Virus record (IMG/VR): IMGVR_UViG_3300005805_000217
Coordinates: 1 to 37,132 of that record
Origin: a virus
Lineage: Duplodnaviria > Caudoviricetes
Strand: one strand, 5' to 3'
Length of the DNA: 37,132 nucleotides
Positions 28,734-36,116 of this stretch are shown one piece after another; position 1 is the stretch's first letter; each line of letters starts with the position of its first letter. The notes under the pieces were generated by a model, which was given only the letters and a program-made list of their open reading frames with translations, was not told where the DNA came from and did no database searches. A program made the translations under genes and the position numbers.

Positions 28734-28794
28734 TATTTATGCCGTCCTCTATTGTAGGTGGGGCGTGTCGCAAACGCTGCGCCCCGGCAACGTC

Positions 28795-29154
28795 CTAACT
28801 ATCCGGCATTGCGCCAGATTCACCCTGCGACTGGTGGGGCAACTCTCCATTTAACAGCTTTAGCAGATCAGGCCAGCGCATGACTGCCAGCGACTTTTCA
28901 CCATCAGCCCGCATGACAACCACGGGCGTCTGGCTTGGATTGCTTGAACGCTCAGCCTGTTCCATCCACTCATAAACCGCTATCTTCCTCCTGCGCTTGC
29001 ACTCGATCAGGAACTGGCCCAGGATCAGATCGCCTTCATCCTTGACCTGATACTGGTTGAGATTGCGCCTTACCTTGTGGCCTGTGACCTCAAAGATTTC
29101 GGCAGCAATCTCTCGCTCATAACCTGCGCCGCGCTGTCGGGATAGCTTACTCAT
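28795..29154 (-). CDS. PD-(D/E)xK Holliday junction resolvase-like nuclease
   Basis: SRQRGAGYEREIA...GDL...IECKRR. Confidence 0.8.
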   Translation of the reverse strand: MSKLSRQRGAGYEREIAAEIFEVTGHKVRRNLNQYQVKDEGDLILGQFLIECKRRRKIAVYEWMEQAERSSNPSQTPVVVMRADGEKSLAVMRWPDLLKLLNGELPHQSQGESGAMPDS

Positions 29155-29411
29155 CAGAACGGCACATCGTCATCATCAACCCGCTTGGCGGGGATAGGAT
29201 TGACGTTAGAGTTTTCCTCACTCGGACGCCAGTTATCCTCCTTCAGGCTGATAAGAACCCCGACCTTGCTTTCCTTAGTCCAGCCTGCCAGCTTGATAAT
29301 CTCGCCAGCATCGTAGGCTCTCTCGACTTTCATTTCGCCCTTCCAATCAGGCCCTGCACCCTTCTTGCGCTGATTGGTCAGCAGAACACCCGTGCCTTCT
29401 TTCCTTTCCAT
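29154..29411 (-). CDS. small ssDNA-binding-like protein
   Basis: PDWKG motif, LAGW.K, and SSB-type acidic tail DDDDVPF. Confidence 0.65.
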   Translation of the reverse strand: MERKEGTGVLLTNQRKKGAGPDWKGEMKVERAYDAGEIIKLAGWTKESKVGVLISLKEDNWRPSEENSNVNPIPAKRVDDDDVPF

Positions 29412-29614
29412 TATGCCCTCATTTCTTTAGCGATATTGTCTATGTAACCACCAGCAAATTCCAACATATTCTCAGAAACAGAATCAGCTATTGTCCTGGC
29501 ATCACCAGAAGTTAGGATTAGCTCCATGTTGGCGCCGTCATTTCCAACGACTATGGTGCCAGTGTAGGTGTTGGTGTATTTGTTCCAGCTTATGTTGACA
29601 CTCTTAAGTTTCAT
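29411..29614 (-). CDS. hypothetical protein
   Basis: Coupled by overlapping start/stop codons at both ends. Confidence 0.6.
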   Translation of the reverse strand: MKLKSVNISWNKYTNTYTGTIVVGNDGANMELILTSGDARTIADSVSENMLEFAGGYIDNIAKEMRA

Positions 29615-29814
29615 TTTGCCCTCTTGATTAGGTAGTAGGATGCGTAACGCTTGCCATTGTTATCCATCATAATGCGATGAATCTTGTGGCCTTCGTTTCT
29701 CAGGTCATTGATTCTGGATGCCAGCCGGAAACAACCAAACTTTTTCAGCGCATCCATTGGTGTCAGGGAATGACCTTTGACAAGGTAGGCAAGGATTTCA
29801 TTGTTTTGGCTCAT
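29611..29814 (-). CDS. winged helix-turn-helix protein
   Basis: MSQ...IL.YL..G.SLTPMDAL..FGCFRLASRI.DLR.EGH.I; start at ATG 29814 after a GGGG SD-like run. Confidence 0.8.
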   Translation of the reverse strand: MSQNNEILAYLVKGHSLTPMDALKKFGCFRLASRINDLRNEGHKIHRIMMDNNGKRYASYYLIKRAK

Positions 29815-30619
29815 CTTTCCCCCTGATCTGCCCAACAATCTTGTCGATCCCGCGCTCCAGAACCTCGGCCAGAACCTTGCTCTCAGATGCAACAGTTTCC
29901 ATGATAAAACTATTAACATCTGCTAGCGCGTTTAACTTGGCCTCTTTTTCTTCGGCGCTAAACTTCTTGCTGCCGGCAATCTTGCCTGCCATTTCGAGAT
30001 AGCCGGCTACCCAATCCTCGTTGTTGGCATACTTGGCATAGGCTTCTTTAGCGCCAGGCACCATGAACACGATGCCGGCCGGCGCCTCGGTGGGCTTGGT
30101 TTCGGCCACCTCCACAATCGGGGTGCGCCTGGCTTCCGGGATGGTTTCGACCTCAGTCTCATCCATCATGCCCAGGCCGCAGTGTGCCAGCACCGCCCTG
30201 CGGATGGCTTTGGTGGTGGCTTTCAGGATGGCATTGGCTAAACGCTCACCAGACAGGCTAGAAACGTCTACAGCGCCCTGGTTCTCGCTTACCCTACCGT
30301 CGGCCCCGGTGCAGCGCACGGAAACGACGTAGATGCCATCTACGCGTTCCCTGTGGGTTATTTGGGTGGACAGCTTGTGGATGCTGCACAACTGCTGCGT
30401 AGCGCCGGCATTGGCGTAAAGAATCTGTTTTCCGTTCAGGGTGAGCAGATCGAACGGCTTAGCGGCTGGATCAAGGCCCACCTGCCGGCAGCGGAACAGG
30501 TAGTAATCCCGCTTTTGGCCTTCGTTCAGGCCGGACAGATCGCCCCGCAGGACGATTGAATCTTGAATCTTAGGGTCTAGGACTGCCGTGCTGCTGGCAA
30601 TGGATACGACGTTCTCCAT
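29798..30619 (-). CDS. single-strand annealing recombinase (RecT/Red-beta-like)
   Basis: C..VGLDP..K, ANA.LKA.TKA.RRA....CGLGMMDETE; immediately downstream of the YqaJ exonuclease. Confidence 0.7.
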   Translation of the reverse strand: MENVVSIASSTAVLDPKIQDSIVLRGDLSGLNEGQKRDYYLFRCRQVGLDPAAKPFDLLTLNGKQILYANAGATQQLCSIHKLSTQITHRERVDGIYVVSVRCTGADGRVSENQGAVDVSSLSGERLANAILKATTKAIRRAVLAHCGLGMMDETEVETIPEARRTPIVEVAETKPTEAPAGIVFMVPGAKEAYAKYANNEDWVAGYLEMAGKIAGSKKFSAEEKEAKLNALADVNSFIMETVASESKVLAEVLERGIDKIVGQIRGKDEPKQ

Positions 30620-30649
30620 GATGGCCTCTCTTGATTAGGAACCGGATAA

Positions 30650-31549
30650 CTACTTAACCAAAAACCTACGTGAACCAGGTTGTTCTACTACGAACTTGTC
30701 AAATATATCAGGCATTGCGTTTTTAAACAACTCCTGACTAAACCTTTTTGATGATTTAGCAGTTTTCCATGTAGCCAGCACGGTGCCGTCAACGCTGACC
30801 AACTGGCTGGATTCCATCATGTAGCCTTGAATCCGCTTTTGCAGGGTGGCTTCATCCTTTTCCAGCACCGATATCTGCTGCTTGACTGCGGCCAGCTTCA
30901 GGCAATCATGCTCTAGGTCTTGGGTGGCAATCAGGTTGGTGCCGTTATCCTGCCGGTAGACCAGCTTGGCGGCGTCACCCATCGTATTCGGGTCAAAGGA
31001 TCGAGCCTGGATGCGCCCCCAAAATTCCGCCATTTCCTTGATGTGCATATCCTTCAGATCAGGGCTGAAGGTTTGCGGGTATCCACAGATTTCCTGCCCG
31101 CCAAAGCACACAACCAGAACCACGGTTTCAATCTGATGCACTGTGGCTTCATGCAGACACTGGACGCGGTAGCCTAGATCAATCTGATCGGTGTTGTTGT
31201 CGCCATACTTTTTGCGCTGATGCACGCCCAGGTTCTTAACCTCATACAAGGTTTTCCCATCGGCGCTGATGTAGTCAAAATGGCTGGCAAGGTAGGACTG
31301 CTGCGGATGGTATAGCGCATAGTCGGCGTCTTTGAACTCGATGCCATTGCGCTTGGCATACTCGCGCATGATCGGCTCCTGCATGACCAGGCCCATCTGC
31401 ACCGCCTCGTTATCGCTCAGGTCATCCATTTCCTTCAAGCCTAGCTTTTCAGCGTAGACCTCACCGCCTCGTCCCTCGACGTATCGGCGGGCGTCACCTG
31501 ACCACAATGCTTTGTTCCTGACTTCCGGGGAAAAATCGCTCATAACCAT
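30650..31549 (-). CDS. YqaJ / lambda-exonuclease-family protein
   Basis: VQMGLVMQEPI, LASHFDY, LYEVKN, YRVQC.HE, FW motifs; start may be 31543. Confidence 0.85.
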   Translation of the reverse strand: MVMSDFSPEVRNKALWSGDARRYVEGRGGEVYAEKLGLKEMDDLSDNEAVQMGLVMQEPIMREYAKRNGIEFKDADYALYHPQQSYLASHFDYISADGKTLYEVKNLGVHQRKKYGDNNTDQIDLGYRVQCLHEATVHQIETVVLVVCFGGQEICGYPQTFSPDLKDMHIKEMAEFWGRIQARSFDPNTMGDAAKLVYRQDNGTNLIATQDLEHDCLKLAAVKQQISVLEKDEATLQKRIQGYMMESSQLVSVDGTVLATWKTAKSSKRFSQELFKNAMPDIFDKFVVEQPGSRRFLVK

Positions 31550-31564
31550 GCCCTCTCTATATCG

Positions 31565-31792
31565 TTAAGATTGTTGTTGACGCTTTGCTGCTTTTTTCTT
31601 GCGCTCTTCTGACCAGTAGGTGCTGCGCTTGGTGTAGTTTCTTTTGCCTTTAGCGACAGGCTTTCCGGGCTTGGGAACGGCCAGGATTCCGGTAACGCGG
31701 TCATTGTCTGAAACCCTCTTTGTCGTTAGGAATAGTGCAACTACTAGGAAAACGATGATACAGATGATGATGAATATGTCAACGGTTTGCAT
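31565..31792 (-). CDS. small membrane protein with basic tail
   Basis: N-terminal hydrophobic helix, K/R-rich C-terminus. Confidence 0.65.
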   Translation of the reverse strand: MQTVDIFIIICIIVFLVVALFLTTKRVSDNDRVTGILAVPKPGKPVAKGKRNYTKRSTYWSEERKKKAAKRQQQS

Positions 31793-31794
31793 TG

Positions 31795-32007
31795 TTATCG
31801 CCAGATGTAATCACGCGGTTGAGCAACGGCCTTCTCTTGCTTGCAGCAATCGCAGGTGCCGGTAAAGAACTTGTCTCGGTGATTGTCCATCATCTTGCCG
31901 GCCAGCAGTCCAGCGCATCCGATACATATCTGATCGTATTGCATCGGGTCTTTTAGCTCCCTGGGTTTGTCTGGATTATCGTAAAAACTTTGCATGAATA
32001 GTTTCAT
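31795..32007 (-). CDS. small putative Zn-binding protein
   Basis: CIGC...CDCC; GGAG SD; ATGA overlap. Confidence 0.65.
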   Translation of the reverse strand: MKLFMQSFYDNPDKPRELKDPMQYDQICIGCAGLLAGKMMDNHRDKFFTGTCDCCKQEKAVAQPRDYIWR

Positions 32008-32342
32008 TTGTTTTTCTCCTTGAGTTTGGCTTCGATGGCTGGTGGATCGGTGTATAGAGGAAAAACTCGGTTCTTATCACTGAAGTCCTGCGGATTGTCG
32101 GTAACACACACAGATTTGCCATCCAGCGTGTAAACCATCCACGCCACCGGCTCCTGCTTCTCTGCCTGCTCAATGGCGGTGCGGATGGCGGCCGCTGCTT
32201 CACGGCAGATACGGCCAACCGGGATGAAGCGAGTGCCCATACTGTCGGCGTCATCAATTACTAGCCTTGCGTCAGCCGGAACGCTTTCAAGTTGCTCAAC
32301 AAGCGGCACTTGATGCGCTTTCTTCATGGCTTCAATGCTCAT
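32004..32342 (-). CDS. phage hypothetical protein (QEPVAW...PLYT family)
   Basis: QEPVAW, PLYTDPP, AIEAKLKEKN motifs; GAGGGGAG SD before ATG 32342. Confidence 0.7.
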   Translation of the reverse strand: MSIEAMKKAHQVPLVEQLESVPADARLVIDDADSMGTRFIPVGRICREAAAAIRTAIEQAEKQEPVAWMVYTLDGKSVCVTDNPQDFSDKNRVFPLYTDPPAIEAKLKEKNK

Positions 32343-32359
32343 TTTTCTCCCCTCTCTTT

Positions 32360-32605
32360 CTATTTCCACTCCCAACATACCGGCTTACCATCAAGCCGGG
32401 TAAAAACAGTCATTTCTCCATCACCTTGCGGTAGCCTGCACGCTTTCACAATGCCAGGCTCTTGCAATAACTGCTGCTGAAAGCGATGCTCAGCGTATCT
32501 GACGAAGCCCACGGTCATCATTACGCCAGCAAACACGCCAGCGCAGAACCAGGTGACTTTGCTTCGGATCAACTCTGAAGGATAAACAACCACTTGCTTT
32601 TGCAT
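32360..32605 (-). CDS. small membrane protein
   Basis: AAGGGG SD before ATG 32605; one hydrophobic helix; C...C pair. Confidence 0.65.
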   Translation of the reverse strand: MQKQVVVYPSELIRSKVTWFCAGVFAGVMMTVGFVRYAEHRFQQQLLQEPGIVKACRLPQGDGEMTVFTRLDGKPVCWEWK

Positions 32606-32642
32606 GATGCCCCTTTCGTTAGGAATTGCGGGGTTAAAAAAT

Positions 32643-32900
32643 CTATCTCTCAAAAAATATAGGCGGTTTCCAATACCTGTCCAATAGCACTGCGCTACCT
32701 TTTTCAATGAAATAATATTTTGTCCAACCGTTACCACGCTGAGCTCTCACCGTGCCTGCATCAACCAGGCGCCTTAGGTATCGGTAAGTCTCATCCCTAT
32801 CCATACCCAGGGTGTCTGCAATGTCACGGCACAGGCACTTACCAGACTTCACTGCCTTCAATACCTCGATCTCTTTAGATTCTTCTCTCATGCTTTGCAT
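32643..32900 (-). CDS. winged helix-turn-helix protein
   Basis: RDIADTLGMDRDETYRYLRRLVDAGTV; GAGGT SD. Confidence 0.75.
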   Translation of the reverse strand: MQSMREESKEIEVLKAVKSGKCLCRDIADTLGMDRDETYRYLRRLVDAGTVRAQRGNGWTKYYFIEKGSAVLLDRYWKPPIFFER

Positions 32901-33122
32901 AGGAACCTCACCCGCTTCATATATGGGTTAGCCGCTTCACGCGGGGCGCTCTCGTTTATCGCATTGGCTACCAGCTTGCTACTGCCGGCCAGGTTTTGCT
33001 CTCGCCCGATGATCCAGCCCGAATCAAGGAACGACATGCCCTGTTCGCCCGCGTTTATCTGCATTGGTCGCGCCGACCGTTGCAAGGGGTGGGTTATGCC
33101 CCCGGTTTGCTACTGGCCTGGG

Positions 33123-33270
33123 CAAAAGGAAAACCCCTACGGCTGGGTTTACGGTCGCGGTGGAAGTAAGCCAGTAAAGGATGGCTTGCAACAACCGAAA
33201 CCCATGCGTAGGGGTTCGCCTTTACTAACTTACTCGCTTCCACACGAGACCTGTCTTTTGCACAGGTGGA
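33123..33270 (-). ncRNA. putative structured leader / attenuator RNA with interlocked helices and terminator
   Basis: Two long interleaved inverted repeats (33132-33157/33193-33216 and 33160-33180/33219-33243), a 5' hairpin, and a 3' UUUUCCUUUU tract. Confidence 0.65.
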
Positions 33271-33273
33271 ACG

Positions 33274-33302
33274 ATTATTTATGATTCCGAAAATTCTGTC
33301 AA
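33274..33302 (-). promoter_or_regulatory. sigma70-type promoter
   Basis: TTGACA-17 nt-AATAAT on the - strand, intergenic, directly upstream of the structured leader. Confidence 0.75.
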
Positions 33303-33632
33303 CTAAAAATTATAGGACTTGGTGGCCGGTGCCCTCCTCTGCTCAAAGGCCGGGTTCATTTCAAGGCTGGAATAGGGGAAGGCACTGGTGCGCTGCTCTC
33401 CCTCGTCCCAAAAGACCATGACGTGATTATCGAGGGCCATCCAGCAGCCCCAGGTCACCAGCCCTGAACTGGTAGAAGCGTAGAGCCGCAGCCCCTGGCT
33501 ACAGGATGCCTTGATCGGTAGGAAAACAATCAGCCCACCAGCCCGGTTACTGATGCGGGCGATCCAATCCGTTGACGCAGCAGCAGGTGTGGATATTGCC
33601 ATGCAGAACAATAAACTTTTAATCAGTTTCAT
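33303..33632 (-). CDS. exported protein with signal peptide
   Basis: [19 protein letters not shown] signal-like N-terminus; C...GCW motif; GGAG SD. Confidence 0.7.
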   Translation of the reverse strand: MKLIKSLLFCMAISTPAAASTDWIARISNRAGGLIVFLPIKASCSQGLRLYASTSSGLVTWGCWMALDNHVMVFWDEGEQRTSAFPYSSLEMNPAFEQRRAPATKSYNF

Positions 33633-34542
33633 TGCAAATCTCCATGTAAGATTCTATGACTGCTTGGGCAACTTGCGGGACAATCGCGTTGCCGTAGGCG
33701 CGCAGGCGTCCCACTCTGGCGGTAGCCCCATGAGCCAGCGGGAATGTGCCGGGTTCAACTGGCCGCCACTTTCCATCCCGGCAGTAGAGCCAGTCAGCAG
33801 ATCGCCAGTGGCCGTTAGTCGCGCCGGGCCAGCCAATGTCGTCTGCGTGTTCAGCCCGCCGCTGCGCGTCCCATCCATTTCCCGGATGCCGTTCGCATCG
33901 CTCGTTGCCGGCGTCAGCCACCCCGCAAGATTCGCCTGCCTGGGCAACTGATCGAATCTCATCTTGCCCGTGTCCAGCCTCGGTTTTAAATCCTTCCCCC
34001 CATCCTTGTGATCGCGTGTTGTTGTCGTTGTCCAGCCGACTGCGTGCCCCAACAAACCACAGTCTTTGTCGGATATGCGGGGCGCCGACGCCCGCAGCAG
34101 GTATACCGGCAGCCCCGACGGAGTAGCCGATTCCTTCCAAGTCAGTTTGAACAAAGTCGAGCCAGCCGTGACGGATCGCTGCTTCAACTTGTTCACCAAA
34201 GATAACGTCAGGCCGGCACTCGCGGATGAGATTGAACCAGACGGGCCACAAATGCCGTTGGTCGTTGGTTCCTTGCTGCTTTCCTGCGGCACTAAAGGGT
34301 TGGCAAGGGCAGCTTCCTGTCCAAACAGGTCTGTCATCGGGCCATTGGGACTGTCGCAGCGCGTAAGACCAGGCGCCGATACCTGCGAAGAAATGGCATT
34401 GTCTGTATCCGCGTAGATCATCTGCTTTAACATCTGAAATGCTCCTTTCGTCAACATCGCCAGGCGCGATATGACCGGCCGCGATCAGGTTCCGCAGCCA
34501 TTGCGCTGCGCAAGGATCAATCTCGTTATAATAGGCGCTCAT
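33619..34542 (-). CDS. DNA (cytosine-5) methyltransferase, alpha polypeptide
   Basis: Permuted start YYNEID (motifs II-III), FFAGIG (I), GSCPCQPFS (IV), FGEQV (VI variant), HIRQRLW (VIII), YGNAIVP (X); no motif IX in this frame. Confidence 0.9.
   Translation of the reverse strand: MSAYYNEIDPCAAQWLRNLIAAGHIAPGDVDERSISDVKADDLRGYRQCHFFAGIGAWSYALRQSQWPDDRPVWTGSCPCQPFSAAGKQQGTNDQRHLWPVWFNLIRECRPDVIFGEQVEAAIRHGWLDFVQTDLEGIGYSVGAAGIPAAGVGAPHIRQRLWFVGARSRLDNDNNTRSQGWGEGFKTEAGHGQDEIRSVAQAGESCGVADAGNERCERHPGNGWDAQRRAEHADDIGWPGATNGHWRSADWLYCRDGKWRPVEPGTFPLAHGATARVGRLRAYGNAIVPQVAQAVIESYMEICNETD
33654..34337 (-). CDS. DNA methyltransferase beta polypeptide, nested in an alternative frame
   Basis: Open frame 33654..34457 within the alpha gene; carries motif IX-like [16 protein letters not shown] and WxT(P/T) modules; start at MTDLFG (34337) is a guess. 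Confidence 0.75.
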   Translation of the reverse strand: MTDLFGQEAALANPLVPQESSKEPTTNGICGPSGSISSASAGLTLSLVNKLKQRSVTAGSTLFKLTWKESATPSGLPVYLLRASAPRISDKDCGLLGHAVGWTTTTTRDHKDGGKDLKPRLDTGKMRFDQLPRQANLAGWLTPATSDANGIREMDGTRSGGLNTQTTLAGPARLTATGDLLTGSTAGMESGGQLNPAHSRWLMGLPPEWDACAPTATRLSRKLPKQS

Positions 34543-34544
34543 TG

Positions 34545-34847
34545 TTAGGTTATCGGTTTAAACACCTTGATTCCGTGTTCTGCTAGCCATGCCCGACAAT
34601 CTTCAGGCGTGGACAGGCCCCTAGCCTTTGCGTTAGCTATGCCTTGGCGACGGTGAAACTCGTCATAATGGGCAAGGCATAGGTTCACCCGCTTGGTGCT
34701 AGCCTGGACACTGGTCATGGCCGCACTAGTGCAATCGGGCCAGCCGCATTCCGACAGCGGCTTGGCCCCGGTATCCGCGATAGACCAGCCGCAATCACAG
34801 GCGCGATCGAATGGGCCAATCTTTTTGTAGCAGCCCGGACACTTCAT
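34545..34847 (-). CDS. Cys-rich putative zinc-finger protein
   Basis: CPGC...CDCGW and C....C...CLAH; AAAGG SD. Confidence 0.7.
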   Translation of the reverse strand: MKCPGCYKKIGPFDRACDCGWSIADTGAKPLSECGWPDCTSAAMTSVQASTKRVNLCLAHYDEFHRRQGIANAKARGLSTPEDCRAWLAEHGIKVFKPIT

Positions 34848-34895
34848 AAATGCCTTTCTGAAATGTTTACATGGTAAAAACTATGTAAGTAAATG

Positions 34896-35063
34896 CTAAC
34901 CCATGCCCAGGATGCAGGCGAGAATCGACAGGCAAACACCGATAATGGTCAATCGACGGGGTAGGCTGTAGCGTGGCGTCACTAGCCCGGTGTGATCGTC
35001 CAGCCGGCGTGGGAATCGATAATGCCGAGGATCGTGGTTGTAATACTTGCCGATGATTACCAC
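34896..35063 (-). CDS. 55-aa protein with C-terminal TM (MVIIGKYYNHDPRHYRFPRR...IIGVCLSILACILGMG), not in the ORF track
   Basis: Translated by hand; GAGGT SD then GTG; overlaps the upstream stop. Confidence 0.55.
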   Translation of the reverse strand: MVIIGKYYNHDPRHYRFPRRLDDHTGLVTPRYSLPRRLTIIGVCLSILACILGMG

Positions 35064-35227
35064 ATGGCACCTCGCGCGTCTTTAATGGCCTGATCTACCT
35101 GTCCGATAGCCGATAGAACGGTAGGATTATCTACCTGATGCCCGGTTTCGATTAACTGTAGCAGGGTTTCAATCTCTGTTATCAGGGCGGTGGTGGTATT
35201 GCGTAGCCGGTCAATTCTCTGTTCCAT
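35057..35227 (-). CDS. 56-aa helical protein (MEQRIDRLRNTTTALITEIETLLQLIE...), not in the ORF track
   Basis: Translated by hand; TAAGGTG SD. Confidence 0.65.
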   Translation of the reverse strand: MEQRIDRLRNTTTALITEIETLLQLIETGHQVDNPTVLSAIGQVDQAIKDARGAMW

Positions 35228-35235
35228 GATTCACC

Positions 35236-35325
35236 TTAGATTGATATATAAAGGGCGAAAAGTATCCAAGCGCCGAACAAGGCGCCGGCAGTTAGGTGTG
35301 CAAGGGTTTCGAGAAAGTATCTCAT
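35236..35325 (-). CDS. 29-aa hydrophobic peptide (MRYFLETLAHLTAGALFGAWILFALYISI), not in the ORF track
   Basis: Translated by hand; preceded by the TTCTAAC-AAGAGG leader seen before other early genes. Confidence 0.6.
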   Translation of the reverse strand: MRYFLETLAHLTAGALFGAWILFALYISI

Positions 35326-35398
35326 TGTCTGGCCTCTTGGTTAGAATGACGCAATACGCGCCCCAATGCGCCCGTCGCCAGGCGCATCAGGTCGAGTA

Positions 35399-36046
35399 TT
35401 AGGCAGCCGCAGCCATTGGTTCCGGTGCCGGCTCCGGGAATCCCCAGCGTAGGTGCAGCAGGTTCGGGCCTGGAATATGCGCGTCGCAGCCACTTAAGGA
35501 TAGCGGCATAATCAGGCCGATGAAATCCGCGCTGGCGCATTGAACCAGCGATGCGCCACTGTTACCATTATGCGCAATGAACATGCCTTTATATCCGTTA
35601 ATGCCAACGGTAGCGGCAGCACAGTCGCGCAATGCGACAAGGTAATCGGGATTAAACTGCGCCACTTCCCCGGATACTTTGGTAGGCAAGACACGGCGCC
35701 AGTCCGGAAACTTGCCGTCAATGCATGAAAACACGGTGCCGGTGCCGCAATAGTCCAGCTTAGGTTTGGCGCCCGAAACGTCAAGGTCGGCATACTCTAC
35801 CGGGTTGCGCCCGACCTTTTGAATCTTGATCCCCAAGATCACGTCCCGGGGAAGGATATATTGCCCTTCGATATCGCCCTCTTGCCGGGCCTCACGGATG
35901 GCTACCAGTTTATGCCCGCAGGTAGCCACGTAATACCGGCCCTTGTCCGTCACTTCCAATAACACGCCGTTCAGGTAGTAGCGCACATCGCTTTTCGGCG
36001 CAATATGCTTAGCCAGACTTTGCAGATACTTGAGATTTACTTGCAT
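35399..36046 (-). CDS. truncated DNA polymerase III beta-clamp homologue
   Basis: DVRYYLNGVLLE, VATCGHKL, IDGKFPDWRRVLP, FNPDYL, LIMPL match DnaN central and C-terminal motifs; only 215 aa. Confidence 0.8.
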   Translation of the reverse strand: MQVNLKYLQSLAKHIAPKSDVRYYLNGVLLEVTDKGRYYVATCGHKLVAIREARQEGDIEGQYILPRDVILGIKIQKVGRNPVEYADLDVSGAKPKLDYCGTGTVFSCIDGKFPDWRRVLPTKVSGEVAQFNPDYLVALRDCAAATVGINGYKGMFIAHNGNSGASLVQCASADFIGLIMPLSLSGCDAHIPGPNLLHLRWGFPEPAPEPMAAAA

Positions 36047-36116
36047 GGTGCCCTCTTAGGTTAGGATGATGCCGGATGGCATCGCATAGGGTGCATTCAC
36101 ACCCTATACGCTACAA

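Noticed and set aside
32905-33270. tRNA or known self-cleaving ribozyme (hammerhead, twister, HDV-like)
   Set aside because: No cloverleaf with T-loop and no catalytic core consensus found by eye; a covariance-model search is still needed
32888-33284. ORFs 32888..33085 (-) and 32895..33284 (+) as genes
   Set aside because: No convincing SD or protein motifs; the region is better explained by nucleotide-level repeats and helices, although the 65-aa ORF cannot be fully excluded
34867-35070. Track ORF of 67 aa on the - strand
   Set aside because: The overlapping frame 34896..35063 has a better-placed SD and a coherent TM segment
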